Shown here one piece after another: positions 38,011 to 51,479 of a DNA stretch of 64,000 bases. The position numbers and the translations under genes are program-made. The notes below the pieces were generated by a model. The model ran no database searches. It was not told where the DNA came from and was given only the letters and a program-made list of their open reading frames with translations. The DNA comes from Squalus acanthias (Eukaryota). The DNA is taken from the NCBI GenBank assembly GCA_030390025.1, contig CM059432.1:82152001-82216000 (forward strand), written 5' to 3'. Every line of letters starts with the position of its first letter. The stretch's first letter is position 1.

Positions 38011-38818
38011 GGGCTGGATTTTCTCAATGGAGACGTGTTGGAGGCAGGACTTCTGGTTTCCAGGTTTCAGTCCCGCCCCCAGCGACGTCTGACCAACCCA
38101 CGCTATTTTCCCTTGATTGGCCTTGTTGAGCCCGCCCTGCGGGCTTACCGGCCAATTAAGAGAAAGCCAGTGACAGATGACATCAATGTATGACGCTCCA
38201 TCTGTTGAAAATTTTTTGACAGATAAATTGTCAGCGTTTGACAGCTTTGAGAAGCTGTCAAACACTGACAATCTCTGTTCTAAGGTGAGCCCTTGCACAC
38301 AGGCTCACCAAGACCTCTCTCCTCAGCAGAAAGCAGATGGCTGCTGCATCTGAGAATGCAGCAGCCAATCTATCATCTCTGCCGTTGAGATGAGGCACCT
38401 CCGGATCCTCAAAGGTTAAAGCCTGCAGAAAGAAGCAAAGGTAAGGAAACTTTTTCCAACATTTTACACTCACCTCTCATACTTACCTGTCCACACTTGC
38501 ACCCATCACTCACCTCTACAGCTGACATTTCAACCCCTCTCACCCCCGCAGACCCACTGCTCACATCACTGACCCTGGCAAGGTTCGCAGCCATCGGGAA
38601 GCCCACAATTGCAGGCATAAAATGGGGAAAAGCCTCAAAACTGTAATCCCCTTCCTGCCTCGAGGAGACGGGTCCCTGCGCAATTCGAGGTCCTGCCTCC
38701 CGGGAAGATGGCACAGAGGCGGGTTGGGAGTGGGGTTGGTACCCGCTCCGAGTTTCTGCCATTTTCCCGGCAGTCCCACCTCCATACCCGCCTCCCCAGG
38801 GCTGGGAAAATTCCCCCC
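38011..38818. mobile_element. Harbinger-type non-autonomous element
   Basis: TIRs GGGCTGGATTTTCTC and GGGAAAATTCCCCCC. TSD TGA at 38008-38010 and 38819-38821. Confidence 0.75.
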
Positions 38819-39119
38819 TGACTGTCAAAAACACCGGGGGCGATTTTCCCACTGAAGGCGGGTTGGAGGCGGGTTTCAGTTTTGGTGGGTTCCAAACCCG
38901 CCTCCACTAATAGGTTTGAAAAAATTGCGATTTTCCCCTAATTGACCAGTTGATTTCAGAGGTATGGGTTGCCCTTGGTCAATTAGTGTTTTGGGACTGA
39001 AACTTGCCTCTGCTGACATCACTTTTCCAACCTCATTTAAGGGCTGCTTGCTGCCTTGGATCATTCCACTGGATTTCTGTCAATGCTGCACCACCTGCAA
39101 CATATTCTGAGAAACCACT

Positions 39120-39305
39120 ATGTCCAATTCCAAGGCAAGGGCCTCCCCGAGGTTCTCGGATGAAGCGCTGCAAATGTTGGTTGAGGGAGTGAGGGCTAGC
39201 AGGGAGGTGCTCTTCCACTCATCTGGGAGGAAGAGGCCTCCCAAAGAAACCAAGGCTGTGTGGGTCCAGCTGGCAAGGGATATAACCTCCAGATCTGTGT
39301 GCAGA
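39120..39305 (+). pseudogene. Truncated Harbinger Myb/SANT-like gene (N-terminus only)
   Basis: MSNSKARASPRFSDEALQMLVEGVRASREVLFHSSGRKRPPKETKAVWVQLARDITSRSV is collinear with the ORF at 5006, then similarity stops. Confidence 0.8.
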
Positions 39306-39542
39306 TTGGGTGAATGTTTATGTGTATTGATGAAATGCCATCCCTGTTGGAAAGCATTAAAATGATTTGATGGCAAAATGTTGGCGTGATGGCATCTGTT
39401 GTTTCGCCTTAGGCAGCTCCACATTGCGGGCTCCGCGACACTTGCGTTGTCAGGTTGGTGGCCAGAGTGAAAGAAGGCCAGAGAGTCATTTCCATTGTCT
39501 ATCATGTCTTAAGATGGAGCCAACATGGGCAACATGGGCAAC

Positions 39543-40589
39543 CTATGCAAATCTGGCCAGGATAAGTGCATCCCTTACATCACGGGCAGCCATGTGCTCG
39601 CGTGCTGCCACTGCTGCTGGTTGATAGACCGGCGCTCGGTCCTCCTCCTGCTCCTCCTCCTCCTCCTGCTCCTCCTCCTCCTCATCCTCATCCTCATCTG
39701 AGGAGGCTTGGAACTGAGCCACTTGCTCATCAGGAAGCTGCAAGCCACGACGCTGTGCCATGTTGTGCAGTGCACAGCAGACCATGACCATTCTGGAGAC
39801 CCTGTATGGTGTATACTGCAGGGCTCCACCTGATCGGTCAAGGCAATGGAAGCGCATCATCAACAACCCAATGGTTTGCTCGATGATGGACCTGGTCGAA
39901 CTGTGGCTGGCGTTGTAGCGCTCTTCAGCCTCGTTAACTGACCTCCTGATCGGCGTCATTAGCCACTTCTTCAGGGGGTAGCCTTTGTCACCAAGGAGCC
40001 ATCCGTTAAGTTGGTTTGGAGGATTGAAAAGCGGAGGAACACTAGAGTTCCGCAGGATGAAAGGGTCATGGCAACTACCACAGAACTTGGCGCAAACATG
40101 CAAAAACTCCTTCTTGTGGTTACACACCAGCTGTACGTTGAGGGAGTGGAAGCCCTTGCGGTTGACAAAGATAGCTGGGTTGTGATGGGGTGCCCTAAGG
40201 GCCACATGTGTGCAGTCTATGACGCCCTGCACCATTGGCAAGCCTGCCATATTTGCAAAGCCAACCGAACGCACGGTTACACTTGCTTGATCCCTTGAGA
40301 ACTGTATGTAATTGTGCGCCTTTGCGAAGAGGGCATCGTTAACCTGCGTGTTGCAACTGTGGGCGGCCGACTGGGAGATGCCACTGATGTCTGCTGATGA
40401 TCCCTGGAAGGAGCCTGAGGCAAAAAAGTTGAGTGCAGTGGTGACTTTGACAGCCACTGGTAAGGGGTGTCCACCCATTCCTCTGGGCTCCAGGTCTTGG
40501 TTCAGCAGTGCGCAGATGTCTCGGACAACCTCTTGCGAAAGTCTCAGCCTTCTTTGGCACTGCTGCTCACTCAGTTTGAGGTAGCTCAT
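39543..40589 (-). CDS. Harbinger (HARBI1-like) DDE transposase, 348-aa open frame; original start probably 40798 with one frameshift near 40615
   Basis: Catalytic motifs [19 protein letters not shown] and RSIIEQTIG are intact. An HTH region ([17 protein letters not shown]) and an acidic C-terminal tail are present. The upstream frame MGTIYFLSSWTSDSDEE...polyQ...RRRYP matches the N-terminus of the copy at 9741. Confidence 0.9.
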   Translation of the reverse strand: MSYLKLSEQQCQRRLRLSQEVVRDICALLNQDLEPRGMGGHPLPVAVKVTTALNFFASGSFQGSSADISGISQSAAHSCNTQVNDALFAKAHNYIQFSRDQASVTVRSVGFANMAGLPMVQGVIDCTHVALRAPHHNPAIFVNRKGFHSLNVQLVCNHKKEFLHVCAKFCGSCHDPFILRNSSVPPLFNPPNQLNGWLLGDKGYPLKKWLMTPIRRSVNEAEERYNASHSSTRSIIEQTIGLLMMRFHCLDRSGGALQYTPYRVSRMVMVCCALHNMAQRRGLQLPDEQVAQFQASSDEDEDEEEEEQEEEEEQEEDRAPVYQPAAVAAREHMAARDVRDALILARFA

Positions 40590-43500
40590 CCTCTGTCTGT
40601 AAACCCTCTGTCGGGGTATCTCCTGCGGTGAGGTGCCTCGATGCGCTGGCGCCTTCTGCCCTGTGCAGCATCAGATGGGTGAGCAGGAGGTTGGGGCTCC
40701 TGCTGCTGTTGCTGCTGAGCTGCCTGGTTCTGCTGCTGCCGTGGATGCTCCTCATCCGAATCTGAGGTCCATGATGAAAGGAAATAAATGGTTCCCATGC
40801 TGCTTGCAGATGTCTCCATTGGGGAAGCGCTCATTCCAAGTGGGGAGAGGGTCTTCCAAGGAGGTCCCACAGTTGATAGATAGAAGCTGCAGCACCTCCG
40901 ACTTTGGATGGCCTGCTAAAAGTGCTGAAAGACCTTTTAAAGCAAAGTTCTGCCACCTGCAACTAATCCCTGATAAAAGCTCCGTTTTAATGGTGGAGCT
41001 GCAGCTGTGAGGAGGCCACCCACTTGTCAACCCGCCAGGTTTAGCTGGTGTGGTTTAGGAGGGCCGTGGAACACGCTGAAAATGTGGAAAAGTAACGAGG
41101 GCCTCTCAAAATAGGATTAGAGAGGCTCTTAACTACCATTTAAGACTCTTAACAACCTCTCTGGCATACTGGAGGCGAGACTGATTCCCACCCAGCAAAA
41201 CCGCCTCCGGCAAAAATTGCACGGAGGCGGGTTGGAGGCGAGTTCCGAACCCACACTTAGGTTTTCCAATTTTCCCGCCTCCTCGGGGCTGAGAAAATCG
41301 CCCCCACCATTTAAAATATCCTTAATTTCCAAAGAAACTTCTCAATTCTGTTGACTTGTCCGACTAACACATCTGTTATTAGAGTTCACGCCATCTGGTG
41401 TCAATCACCTCACACGGCCCTGTTGGTACCCCTGATGACCTTCAAATCAATGAAGCACTAGCACTTTGACATGCCAGAGTGCTCGTTTACTCCCTAGCTT
41501 CTCTGGTCTTTGCTAACAAAGCCGTCGCACACATATCCAGATAAAGCAAGGCATCTTTATGTCCGCCTTAACAAGCTATCTCTGGGCTTGTAGTCTTAAT
41601 GGCTTGTTTTCTATACCTGGCAAGGAATGTTTTTGTATGTATAAGCCTTCATGGTTTAATTAACATTATCCCTTTCCTTTCCTAGTATTCAGCTTGACTG
41701 TTGGCTCCATCTTGAGGACACAGTTAAGGCAGTTCATAGGATGTTTTTCCTCCATGGTCCTGAAGCCAGTGGCCATTACTGCTGCTGCAAGTCTCTCAGG
41801 TCTGCAGCTGCAGCCAACCTTTCTGCCTTGATTTAAGATTCATACTGTTTCCAAAGGGTGTTTCTGTGCCAGGGGGACATTCAGGGCATGGTGCTGACCT
41901 GCACCTGGAAGCACAGCTGAGTTCAGATCTGTTTGGGCCCTGCGCATTAGCACCTGAGTTGCCCTCGGATGGAGGGTGAAGAGAAAAATTGGGCCCTTTT
42001 TCTGCCACACTGATTTATTTCACCGACTGGGTGGTTTATATACAATAAAAACAGAAAATGCTGGAAATACTCAGCAGGTCAGTTTTTTTCATGCAACAAG
42101 TTTTTCCATTTATTTACCTAATTATAAATTCTTGGCAATAAACACAAATTCTATGCAATCTTTGTTTTATGCCAGGAATTGAATGCAGCTATTTAACAGC
42201 GAATTGCCCATGCTACAATTTTAACCAAATCATTATGTAAAGGGAGAGCTTGATGGTTGCATATAAATCTTTAACACCTCCACATGCCTAATCATTATAA
42301 AGATAATAAAAAGTGATTACTGCTTGGCTCACTGGAGGCTATCAGTAGCTGTCATTAGGAATTCCCTTCACACACTGGTTTGATTGAATGCTCCATACTG
42401 TACCATTCCATTTTAACTCCATGTCTGGTTAACCAGCAGCACAGACACTGGCTGAGGAGGACCAGCAAAAGGAAAACAAATTGGGATAAAAATGTGCCAT
42501 CAGAAGGTTAAAAATATAACAATTGATCTTAAACAGCAAGCGTTACCCTTAATTTCCCTTTTAGAAAGTTGGTGCCAAATAATTTTCATTAACTTTAACA
42601 TCCTTTATAAAATTAATTTATATAGATTTTTTCCTTCTGGAGTGGTGAGTGCTAATTGTATTGGTAAAGCCAATTAATAAGTTACTGAGGCATGAGGGAA
42701 GTACAAGGAGAGGGAATCAGAATCAGCAGAATTCACTAGGTGTTTCAGTGATGTGTCCCTTCAGCTGCCTGCGTTAATTTGTTTCCGTCACATAGTTGAG
42801 CTTCATATCTATCAGGAGTCCGCTTCAGCCCTACAATCACCGTTTAGTCAAGAATACTCAAAAAGGCGAGAGAAATGACAGAAGAAGTATTAAAATTAGT
42901 TAGAACTCTTTGTGGCTGAATATAGTCATGATGCTCTTAAGTATACCCCAATATAGTTTCATGCAACTGCTGCTTATTCTAATTCTGTTTATTCTTTTGC
43001 TTAATTGTTTACTTAATTAGTATCAGCTCCAGTCAGTAATATAAGAAAACATTCTGTGAGATGTGAGAAATCACCTTTTCTTAGCCAGCAGCAAACGTGA
43101 AACCATCCGTGTTATCCTGTGTAACAACTTTCCAGATTCCTGCCTCGTCAGTAAGCGTTTCAGCAACCTCACAAATCAAAGTATACATCTAAAGGCCTGA
43201 GGCTTAATTGTGATCAGCTCTCGGTTTTCTAAACATTGACATATTCCACTGAGACTGACTGAGATACGCCATCTTAAGAGACAGCTGAACACTGATTAAA
43301 TCGTGCCCCAGGAAAGTAACACTAAGCCTTGGTCTCACCACAGTAATAGATATTGATTTTTTTCCCCAGTCACTGTGATTCCACACACTCTTCCTGCCTG
43401 AAGACTGGAGGCTATCTCTTGAAACTTGTGCCAATTATATTAACATGAAGAAAGAATACATATATCTTACTGACAGAAAACTAATGTTCATATCTGTGTG

Positions 43501-45199
43501 CTTGTATTAATGAAACACAGGCAATATGCATCAATCAGCTGGCGTGTTTCCGGCAGATTACTTTGAAAGGTTCCTACATAACTTCAGCTCTGTAAAACCT
43601 TGCTTCAGTCTCTCTCGGATTGGTTTCGAAAGTATTACTGCACCAACGAGAGTGTGTCAGTACTTTAAATCTAGAAATAAAGTACATTCACCATTTTGAA
43701 GGAATATATTTTATCCCCCTAGTTGTTCCTCCAGAAGGCAGGGTGTCGTGCTGGATGGATGCCTTAGCCCTCCAGGGCTCCGCCATTCTTGTGTGAGCCC
43801 AGAGAGTGTGACGCCATTTAACGGGTGGGCAGTGGGCGGAACGAGTCCACCTGCTTGATAAACATCGTTGGAGGCCTCAGTCATTTTCATGGCGGGGACT
43901 CAATAAAATATTCTCCACAAGCTGCCTGTGCGTTTGGAGCGCAGGGGAAGGCAATCTGACAGTTCCTCTGTAGACCCGAGCCACCAGTATTTAATTTCAG
44001 GGGAGGGGTGGGAGGAGGTGGGCAAGCAATCATGGAGGAGGCCATGGAGGTTCCGGCAGTGAGCAAGACCCTTTTAGTGGGGTCAGGAATAGCATTTATA
44101 CTCTTCCTGGACCCACATAAACCGTTAAAAGAACTTACCTGGAGCATTGTTGGAGACGCTCCAGTGATTCCCTTCAGGGACCATTGCTTAAGCTGCTCTA
44201 GGTTGAGTTCCACTGGGCGGGTCTTGCGCACTGTATGCCACTTGTTGGAGCAGTAAAACTGCATCGGAATCCTATATATATCATCATAGTCAGACCCCGA
44301 TTTATATATATTAACAGGCTCCTGCCTGTATCAAGGGACAACACAGTGGGCGACTATTTCCCAAACCATTCCAAAACCGTGGTGGCCTGGCCATCAGTTG
44401 GAGTGGGGCGGTAAGTACCTGCACAGAGATTTTGGTCTCACTACCATGCCGTTCCTGCAAAAATGGTGCAGTAATGAGACCAAAATCAGCACCAGTGAAT
44501 GTTGTGAGGCTATTGGCCCAATACTATCCTCACTACTAGTTTCTCATTTCACTTTATCCAATTTCACAATGCTGTGAATAGAAAAACAACACAATTACTG
44601 TTATTCATGTTTAGTCAATTGTACATAACTGTCTAAGATCCTCGCAGGGTGTACCTGCAAGTGAGGTATATGACTCAAAGAAGGTGGCAAATTTTGCTCA
44701 AATCAATAAAAAAAATTTAAAAAGAATTGACTAGGCAAACAGAACAACATTGTAATGAATCTGTGGCTAATATATTGGGTTAATTCAACTGAGAATAACA
44801 TGCCACTCAAAATTGAAAAAAAATTTGCACTGTCTCCTCTTAGGGTATACAGGCCTTAATTCTGGCCTGGCCCTCCATGCAGGCCTCAAAACTGACACAG
44901 GGTCACCAGGTTACCAATGCTGATCCTCTACTTGGTCCCTTTGAAGGCCATGGGCCCTGTAACTTGCTCCCCACCCCGCTGCCCCCACCCCCCCCACTCG
45001 ACTTCGACACACACACAGATTACCATGTTTGGGCAGACAAAGGCTCCAGCACCAACAGGCCATCACATAAACTTTGACATTAGACCAGAACCAGCTGTAA
45101 CCAGGTCCCAATTTAGTATCCGGCCCTTCTAGTTTAATCTCGCCAAAATTACTGCAGAAGCACATTAGAAGGGTAGCAGATTCTCAGGCCCAGTGTATG

Positions 45200-45635
45200 G
45201 GCAACACGGTGGCATAGTGGTTAGCACTGGTGCCTCACAGCGCCAGGGACCCGGGTTCGAATCTGACCTCGGGTGACTGTCTGTGTGGAGTTTGCACATT
45301 CTCCCCGTGTCTGCGTGGGTTTCCTCCGGGTGCTCCGGTTTCCTCCCACAGTCCAAAAATGTGCGGGTTAGGTTGATTTGGCTATGATAAATTGACCCTC
45401 AGTGTTAGGGGGGGATTAAATATGTGGGGTTATGGGGATAGGATGGGATATGTTAGGGGGAATTAAATACGTGGGGTTACGGGGGTAGGGTGGGATATGT
45501 GTACTGTGGGGATTAAAGCAGGGACAGGGTACTGGACTTGGATGATCAGCCATGATCATATTGAATGGTGGAGCAGGCTCGACGGGCCGAATGGCCTACT
45601 CCTGCTCCTAGATTCTATGTTTCTATGTTTCTATG
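45200..45635 (+). mobile_element. tRNA-derived V-SINE (HE1-like), second copy
   Basis: Near-identical to 10656-11074 over the head, V-domain and internal tandem duplication. (TTTCTATG)n tail. Confidence 0.9.
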
Positions 45636-46039
45636 GAGTACAATAGGGGATAAAGTAGATTGTTTTTAAAGTAGGAGGGAGCATTAAATCATTTCTCATT
45701 CTATCTGAACCAAATAAATCCTTTCCTGCCCTGGATTATGTGTTGGAGTAAAATAGCAGTGAGTGGTTTTATCAACAGTATATATTAGAATTTGTAGCAG
45801 TCGAAATACTGAAGAGGGGACAAATTTGCGGTAATGTTTATTGATAAATGCTCCTTTGCAGGCAAGCATGGTGCGGCTATTGAGTAAACCTCGTAAATCT
45901 TCAGTCGTTACTATCTGAAAGCAAGCAGTTGAAAGCACACTGCATTCTTGCAACTGGGCAGTGCTCTTAAAGTAAGTAGTGTTAAAATCCGCATATTCTT
46001 CCAGTTTACTAGAAAATTTTGTTGCTCCTTTTTTTCCAG

Positions 46040-46169
46040 CAAATTGCTCCGTAAGAAGGAAGAGGGAACTGGTGATGCCCAACAAACTAATTACCTACCT
46101 AAATATGAAAGAGTAAAAGAAGTGTGCCAACAGGCAAAGTACCAGACAGCCTGTGAACAACCTGGGCAG
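46040..46169 (+). CDS. SULF1: SULF1 internal coding exon (130 bp), start of the hydrophilic domain
   Basis: Polypyrimidine tract and ccag ending 46039, donor gtaaat at 46170. Encodes (G)[43 protein letters not shown]. Confidence 0.96.
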
Positions 46170-47459
46170 GTAAATGAGCACAACTAAGTTTAACCGTAAA
46201 CTAGGCATTTTTTTCACACAGGGTAGTAGGTCTACTGCTTAATACTGGCAACAAACTAAATGTATTAAGTTTAAAGCATTGGAGACCCAAAACATAACAG
46301 GTGACTGACCGGCTGTAAGAAATGAGGTGAGGGAGGTCAGCCTCTATCAGCATCAATGGTTCAATTTAATTTGTTGGTCTCTTTGAAGCAGTTCTGTTTT
46401 ATGCCAGTTGCTCGGTGATTAGAGGAATTGCACAGCTACTGCCCATTGTTTGCCAATTTGTCAAAGATTTAAGTTGTTTAACACAACAAAATTAATTACA
46501 AAGGACAGGTTGTAAACTTAATTACAGCTGCAATTACACTTTGCTGTTGTCGCCAATTCCCAAAGCATGGATGTTGCACAGCCAGCTGCAAGCTAAACAT
46601 AAAACAGCCGTGACTCTCCCAGGCCAGCGCCTTTGAAGACTTGCCATAATAACGATTCCACCACCAAATATATAATTGTGTTGTATTCTTTGAGAATGAT
46701 TCCTATGAAGGCACTTTGTTTTTCCCACTATAAACTTGAGCATGTAATCTAGGCTGATACTTCAGTGCAATACTGTGGGAGTACTTCATTTTTTTCCAGA
46801 TGGGGTGTTAAACCAAGGCCCTGCTGTCTGCCAGCTCAGGTGAACACCAAGATTCTGTGGCACTAATCAAAGAAAAGCAAGGAGTTCTCCCAATGCCCGG
46901 GTCAACATTCCTCCCTCAACACACACACACACACACACGTTCTCTTTTTTCTTTCTGTCCCTTTAATTTTCCTGCTCGTCCTCCTCATGCCAGGCCACAC
47001 ACGTTCTGAGGATTAAACAGGCCTAATCTCATTCTTTCAGCTCAACACCATCTCCTTCAACAGCCCGGTTGCTAATTGTTTTACAAACATTTTCAATTTC
47101 ACCGTCAGAAAGCTCAATCTGGGCTCAGTTCAGTTACATCTAAATCTCAGCTTGGTGCTTATCATTTAAACATGAATTGAAGATGTAAGAATAATATTTT
47201 GGTGGTGTAAATTCTTTTAACTGAATGTACTGTTCTAAGCCATGTAGAGGTCAGATCTTTGATATGTCTAAAGTAATGGACCATTTATTTCAAGACTTCG
47301 GAACTGTCACAATTCAGTTTTGTTGACATTTCTGTAGAGATATATCCAGTCTTAATCTTTAGTCCAGTTTCTTTTCACAATCTGTTTGAACAATGCTTAT
47401 CTTTTGACAAAAGATAATATTAGAATATCTGACAAGCCTTGTTTGAGTTAAACTATTTA

Positions 47460-49130
47460 AACCAGTCCATTAATGACCCTGTCCTTTCCCATACCCTTTT
47501 AAATTTTTAGTTTTCATTTATTCACTTCCCTTTTAAAACTTATTATGAATTCTGCTTCCACCACTGTTTGTGCTAGGGCATTCTATGTCTTAACAACCCT
47601 TTGTGTAAAAATACATTCTCCCTTTATTATTTTGGTGATTATCTTAAATGTATGCATTCTAGTTACTGATGTGTCAACCATTGGGAATAGTTTTTCTCCA
47701 TTTACCACATAATTTTAACCACATTTTAGATTTTCTCTTAGCCTTCTCTGTTCGAATGAAAAGAGCACCAGTTTCTCGAGTCTCTCCTCACAACTAAGGC
47801 TTTTCATCTCCGGTATCATCTTAGTGAATCTCTTCTGTACACTCTCCATGATCTTGACTTCTTTCCCAAAGTAAGGCTTCCAAAGCTCAGCATAGTATTC
47901 TAACTGTACCCTAACCAATGATTTCTATTGGTTCAACATTATCTCTTCGCTTTTGGAGCCTCCTGAAATTGGTGGTAATGACCTCAAAATGGGGCTGACA
48001 GACCCGTTAATCCATTAGTGCCGACTCGGCCCGCTGCCACTTTTACAGGGGCCTCCTGCTGGGTGACCGAATCACCTGCCTGTTTCAGGCAGTAGGCCCC
48101 TTTTAATATGCAAATCTGGATCCTATGACATACATTGGACCTGCATGTATTGTAGAAACCCTTTCTTGCTTTGCCATTTCCCCAGTCTATCTTTGTATAA
48201 TTAAACTCACCTATTATTTAAGGCCCTGTTGTTCCTTGCTTTTCTTAATCTAATTTGTCTGCATATCTCTTCCTGTGTCTCTTTTGCATTGGTCAGGGGT
48301 CTATAATATACTTCCAGTAAAGTAACAGTTCTTTTCTTATTCCTTAACTCTAACCAAATAGATTCAGTTTTTATGCCATGCCCTGTAGCAATCCTATGTT
48401 CTAGTGCTGTAATGGAATCTTTGATTAAAATGGCCACCTCCTCCACTCTCCAGTTTCCTTACTGCATCTCTCCTGAATATTTTGTAACCAGAAATGTTCA
48501 CTTCTCAGCCCTGCCCTAGCCTAAGCCATATCTCTTAGAACTATTATATATCCCTGCCTCAGCAATTAATGCCTCTAACTCACCAATTGTATTGACAATA
48601 TTTTGTACATTCATGTACATACAACTCAAAACGCCCATCTCTAGCAATCTTACTTGTTTTAATTCCTCATTCTTCTGATCTTTCATCTTTCCTACACTCC
48701 TTGTACCACTGGCTTTCCTTTCTGCTCCCTCATTTTGTTTTTCTCTTCCCTCCTTCCATATTAGTTTAAACTCTCACCTACAGCACTATTTACTGTCCCA
48801 TTGAGAGCACTAGCCTTGTTCAGGTGAAGCCCATCTATCCTGTCTAGACTGCTCCTGCCCCAGAACTGTCTCCAAAACCTGAACCCTTCCCTCCTACACC
48901 ATCTCTCCAGCCACACATTTAACTCCCTTGTCTTACTATTCCTATACTGACTCGGACTAGCACCTGGGTGTAATCCTCAGATTGCTACCTTCCACACGTT
49001 GCTCTTCAATCTAGCTCCTAATTGCTGAAATTCCCTCTGCAGGACCTCAATTTTGTTTCTTTCCATATCATTGGTTCCAACATGAATTACAATTTCTTTT
49101 GTTCCCCTTCCATCTCCAGAATTTTCTGCA
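47460..49130 (-). mobile_element. Decayed CR1 LINE: ORF1 esterase end, APE endonuclease part and ORF2 3' part
   Basis: Minus strand DGLHLN near 48830 (CR1 ORF1 SGNH-esterase motif), VAILIKDSI...ESIWLELRNKK...YYRP (APE), and VRVQLEYY...SFEQRRLR. An unrelated GC-rich piece lies at ~47955-48150. Confidence 0.75.
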
Positions 49131-51479
49131 CTCACTCCTTTCATAGTACCCTATGCTCCGATAGTCCATTTGTACCTAGTTTTTTTCTGGTTGGCCTGCA
49201 GCAGTCCCGTTAAGGACTGTTGGTTAGGCTGCACGATGTCTGCTACCAATGGGTGGATCATGCGTGGTGCATATTGAAAGTAATCTCCCACCTAAACAGA
49301 CAGATGTCTGTGAAGAACCTCATGTGAAGAACCCATTGAAAATGGCAGCAGCCATACCGGGAGCAGGAACAGGCCGGCAAGTGGTGCACTACCATTTCGG
49401 CCTGCAACTAATCCGTTACTGCTGGGCAAAGCATGAAAATCAGCCCCATACTGTTAATTTTGCATCTCTGCATGTCTGAAGTTGCAATATAAGCATTTCC
49501 TGGCTATGATAACCACCTCATGTCAGTTTCAATAATCAATTAACAGTTCAGAAATCATAGCCTATGTTAGGAGATTTCCAGTTCACGGAGACCAACATAA
49601 ATCAATCCCAAAGGTGGTCAAATCTGCTGTAATTTAGTAAAACAAGTGATAATACTTTCTGCATTGAAATGCCTGACTGGAAACAGGTTTTTGCACTAAT
49701 CCACAATAGCCTACTTTATTGCATTCCTTTCTATGACCTACAAGCATCAGTGTGTTTAACTATAAAAACCGCCTGAATACTTCCATTATAAAAGGATTAT
49801 CCCCAAAGTATTGCACTCCTGTGGCTCTCTGTAGCAGTTAGTAATTTTCTGCTCAATTCTCTGCAAGTCCTTGTGTGACAGGATTGATATATTACATGCT
49901 GCTTGCAATACTTTCGTTCCCTGTTATTGACCCTGGGAAAAAAAAACTCTCACATAAGAAAATTCTTTATACAGAAATTGATGAGAGAGAATTTGATCAT
50001 AACATGCATAGAACCTTTCCACCTATCTTTTTATATTTTTCCTTTTCAATTAACACCTGGCACAACTGCCTAGCTTTTGCACTGAGATTGCATTTTTTTG
50101 CCTTCAAACCCATTGTGAATGGGTGTGAGGGAAGCTCGATGTGCAATAATCCATTACTACGGCGCTACAGACTAGTTGTTCTGGACTTCAGCAGAACAAG
50201 AATAGATGAAAAATGAGAGCACATGAAAAGGAATTCTTTCAATACCAACTTTCATTGGAGCTAAGGAGGCCACAGGCAAGTGAAGGTTAAGTTAATGACG
50301 AAGTTTGGTTTGGATATGCCACAAATTCAGTAAATAATGGTTAAAAGATGAAAAAGGCATACCAGTGGGAGGAGCCAGCAGCTAAGCTGTACTAGTTGTA
50401 TGCACCAATATGCAAGCCTTGGCACACCTACCCACCAATGACCTCTGCAGGTTCCAGGTTCCAGGTCGGCCGCCTGTTATAGAAACCTCCCGATTTTTAC
50501 AACGCCAGTTTTGCAGCTAGGCGGTAAGCTGAAAATCTACCTCTCTTTATCACAGAAAAGGTTAATTCTGAGAATTATTTCAAGTTAAATCATGACTACA
50601 GAACAATGGGTAAAAGACAAGCTCAGGACTGGTGTCGGGAAGCACTTCTTCACACAAGGTGATCAATACCTGGAATGGTCTTCTGGGTTGGGTAGGGAAT
50701 GCAAAAACTCTGAAGTCATTCAAGAGACAGCTTGAGACTGGTGGAGGAATTGTGGTTTTCTGCAGAAGGATAAGCTAGGTGGGCCAAATTGCCTACCACA
50801 ATTGCACTTAAATTTGTGATTGTCATGAAGTACACTAAAACTCAGACCTTCTTTAATTTATTAGCTATGAACTGTCTAATCTTATATTTTCATGGTAAGT
50901 ATTCCAAAACAAGCAAACAAAAATAAACTAATTGTATATAATGTAGGACAAGTAACTCTTTAAAAGGTCTACCTCAATATTTCAAATTCAGTTTTTCCAT
51001 TGTGGAGAGTAGTTCTAGTTTCTGCACAGAGATGGTAAATTGTTGCTTTACGTTTCTAGTCTTTGTGACAGACTCGAAACGATTGACAAAGAAAAAAAGA
51101 AGCAGAAAGGGGACAATGATGAGATTGATGCTTCAAGAATATAATTACAATCCCAAACACATCAGTTACTAAAAATATTCTATTTATAAAAATATCATAA
51201 AATGCAGGACACTTTGCTAAAGATCGCAATGCAGCAGGTGTAACATCGGTTGCAGCACAAAACTCTTCCAGCAGCCAACAGCAACACCATTATAGAGGAA
51301 TGTTCAGAACTGGATGTTTCAGGAACTGAGCCAACCTGCATACTCCCTGTTGAGGTGATAACGCCCCTTTAAATATTATACAAATATACATGTCTGGCCT
51401 GGTCTTTTTAAGGAAGTTCGCCTAAGTGAAGTAGTAAAAAAATATATATTGGTGTAGCAGAGTATTAAGGGAATGCTCA

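Larger units (their letters stand above)
38836..41305. mobile_element. PIF/Harbinger transposon with a near-intact transposase and a deleted Myb-like gene
   Basis: Perfect 13-bp TIR GGGGGCGATTTTC / GAAAATCGCCCCC. TSD ACC at 38833-38835 and 41306-41308. Confidence 0.93.

Noticed and set aside
39543..40589. Calling this ORF the host gene HARBI1
   Set aside because: It lies between perfect TIRs with a TSD, next to a Myb-like remnant, and has a paralogous transposon copy in the same window. It is a transposon gene.
42200..43650. TE-poor, TAAT-rich stretch as a conserved enhancer
   Set aside because: Plausible, but it cannot be supported without cross-species alignment.
18806..46169. Assigning the exons to SULF2
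   Set aside because: Diagnostic residues (NMDKH, NILQ, PYDFD, EKPGNRF, WRDTF, KYERVKE, EQPGQ) match SULF1.
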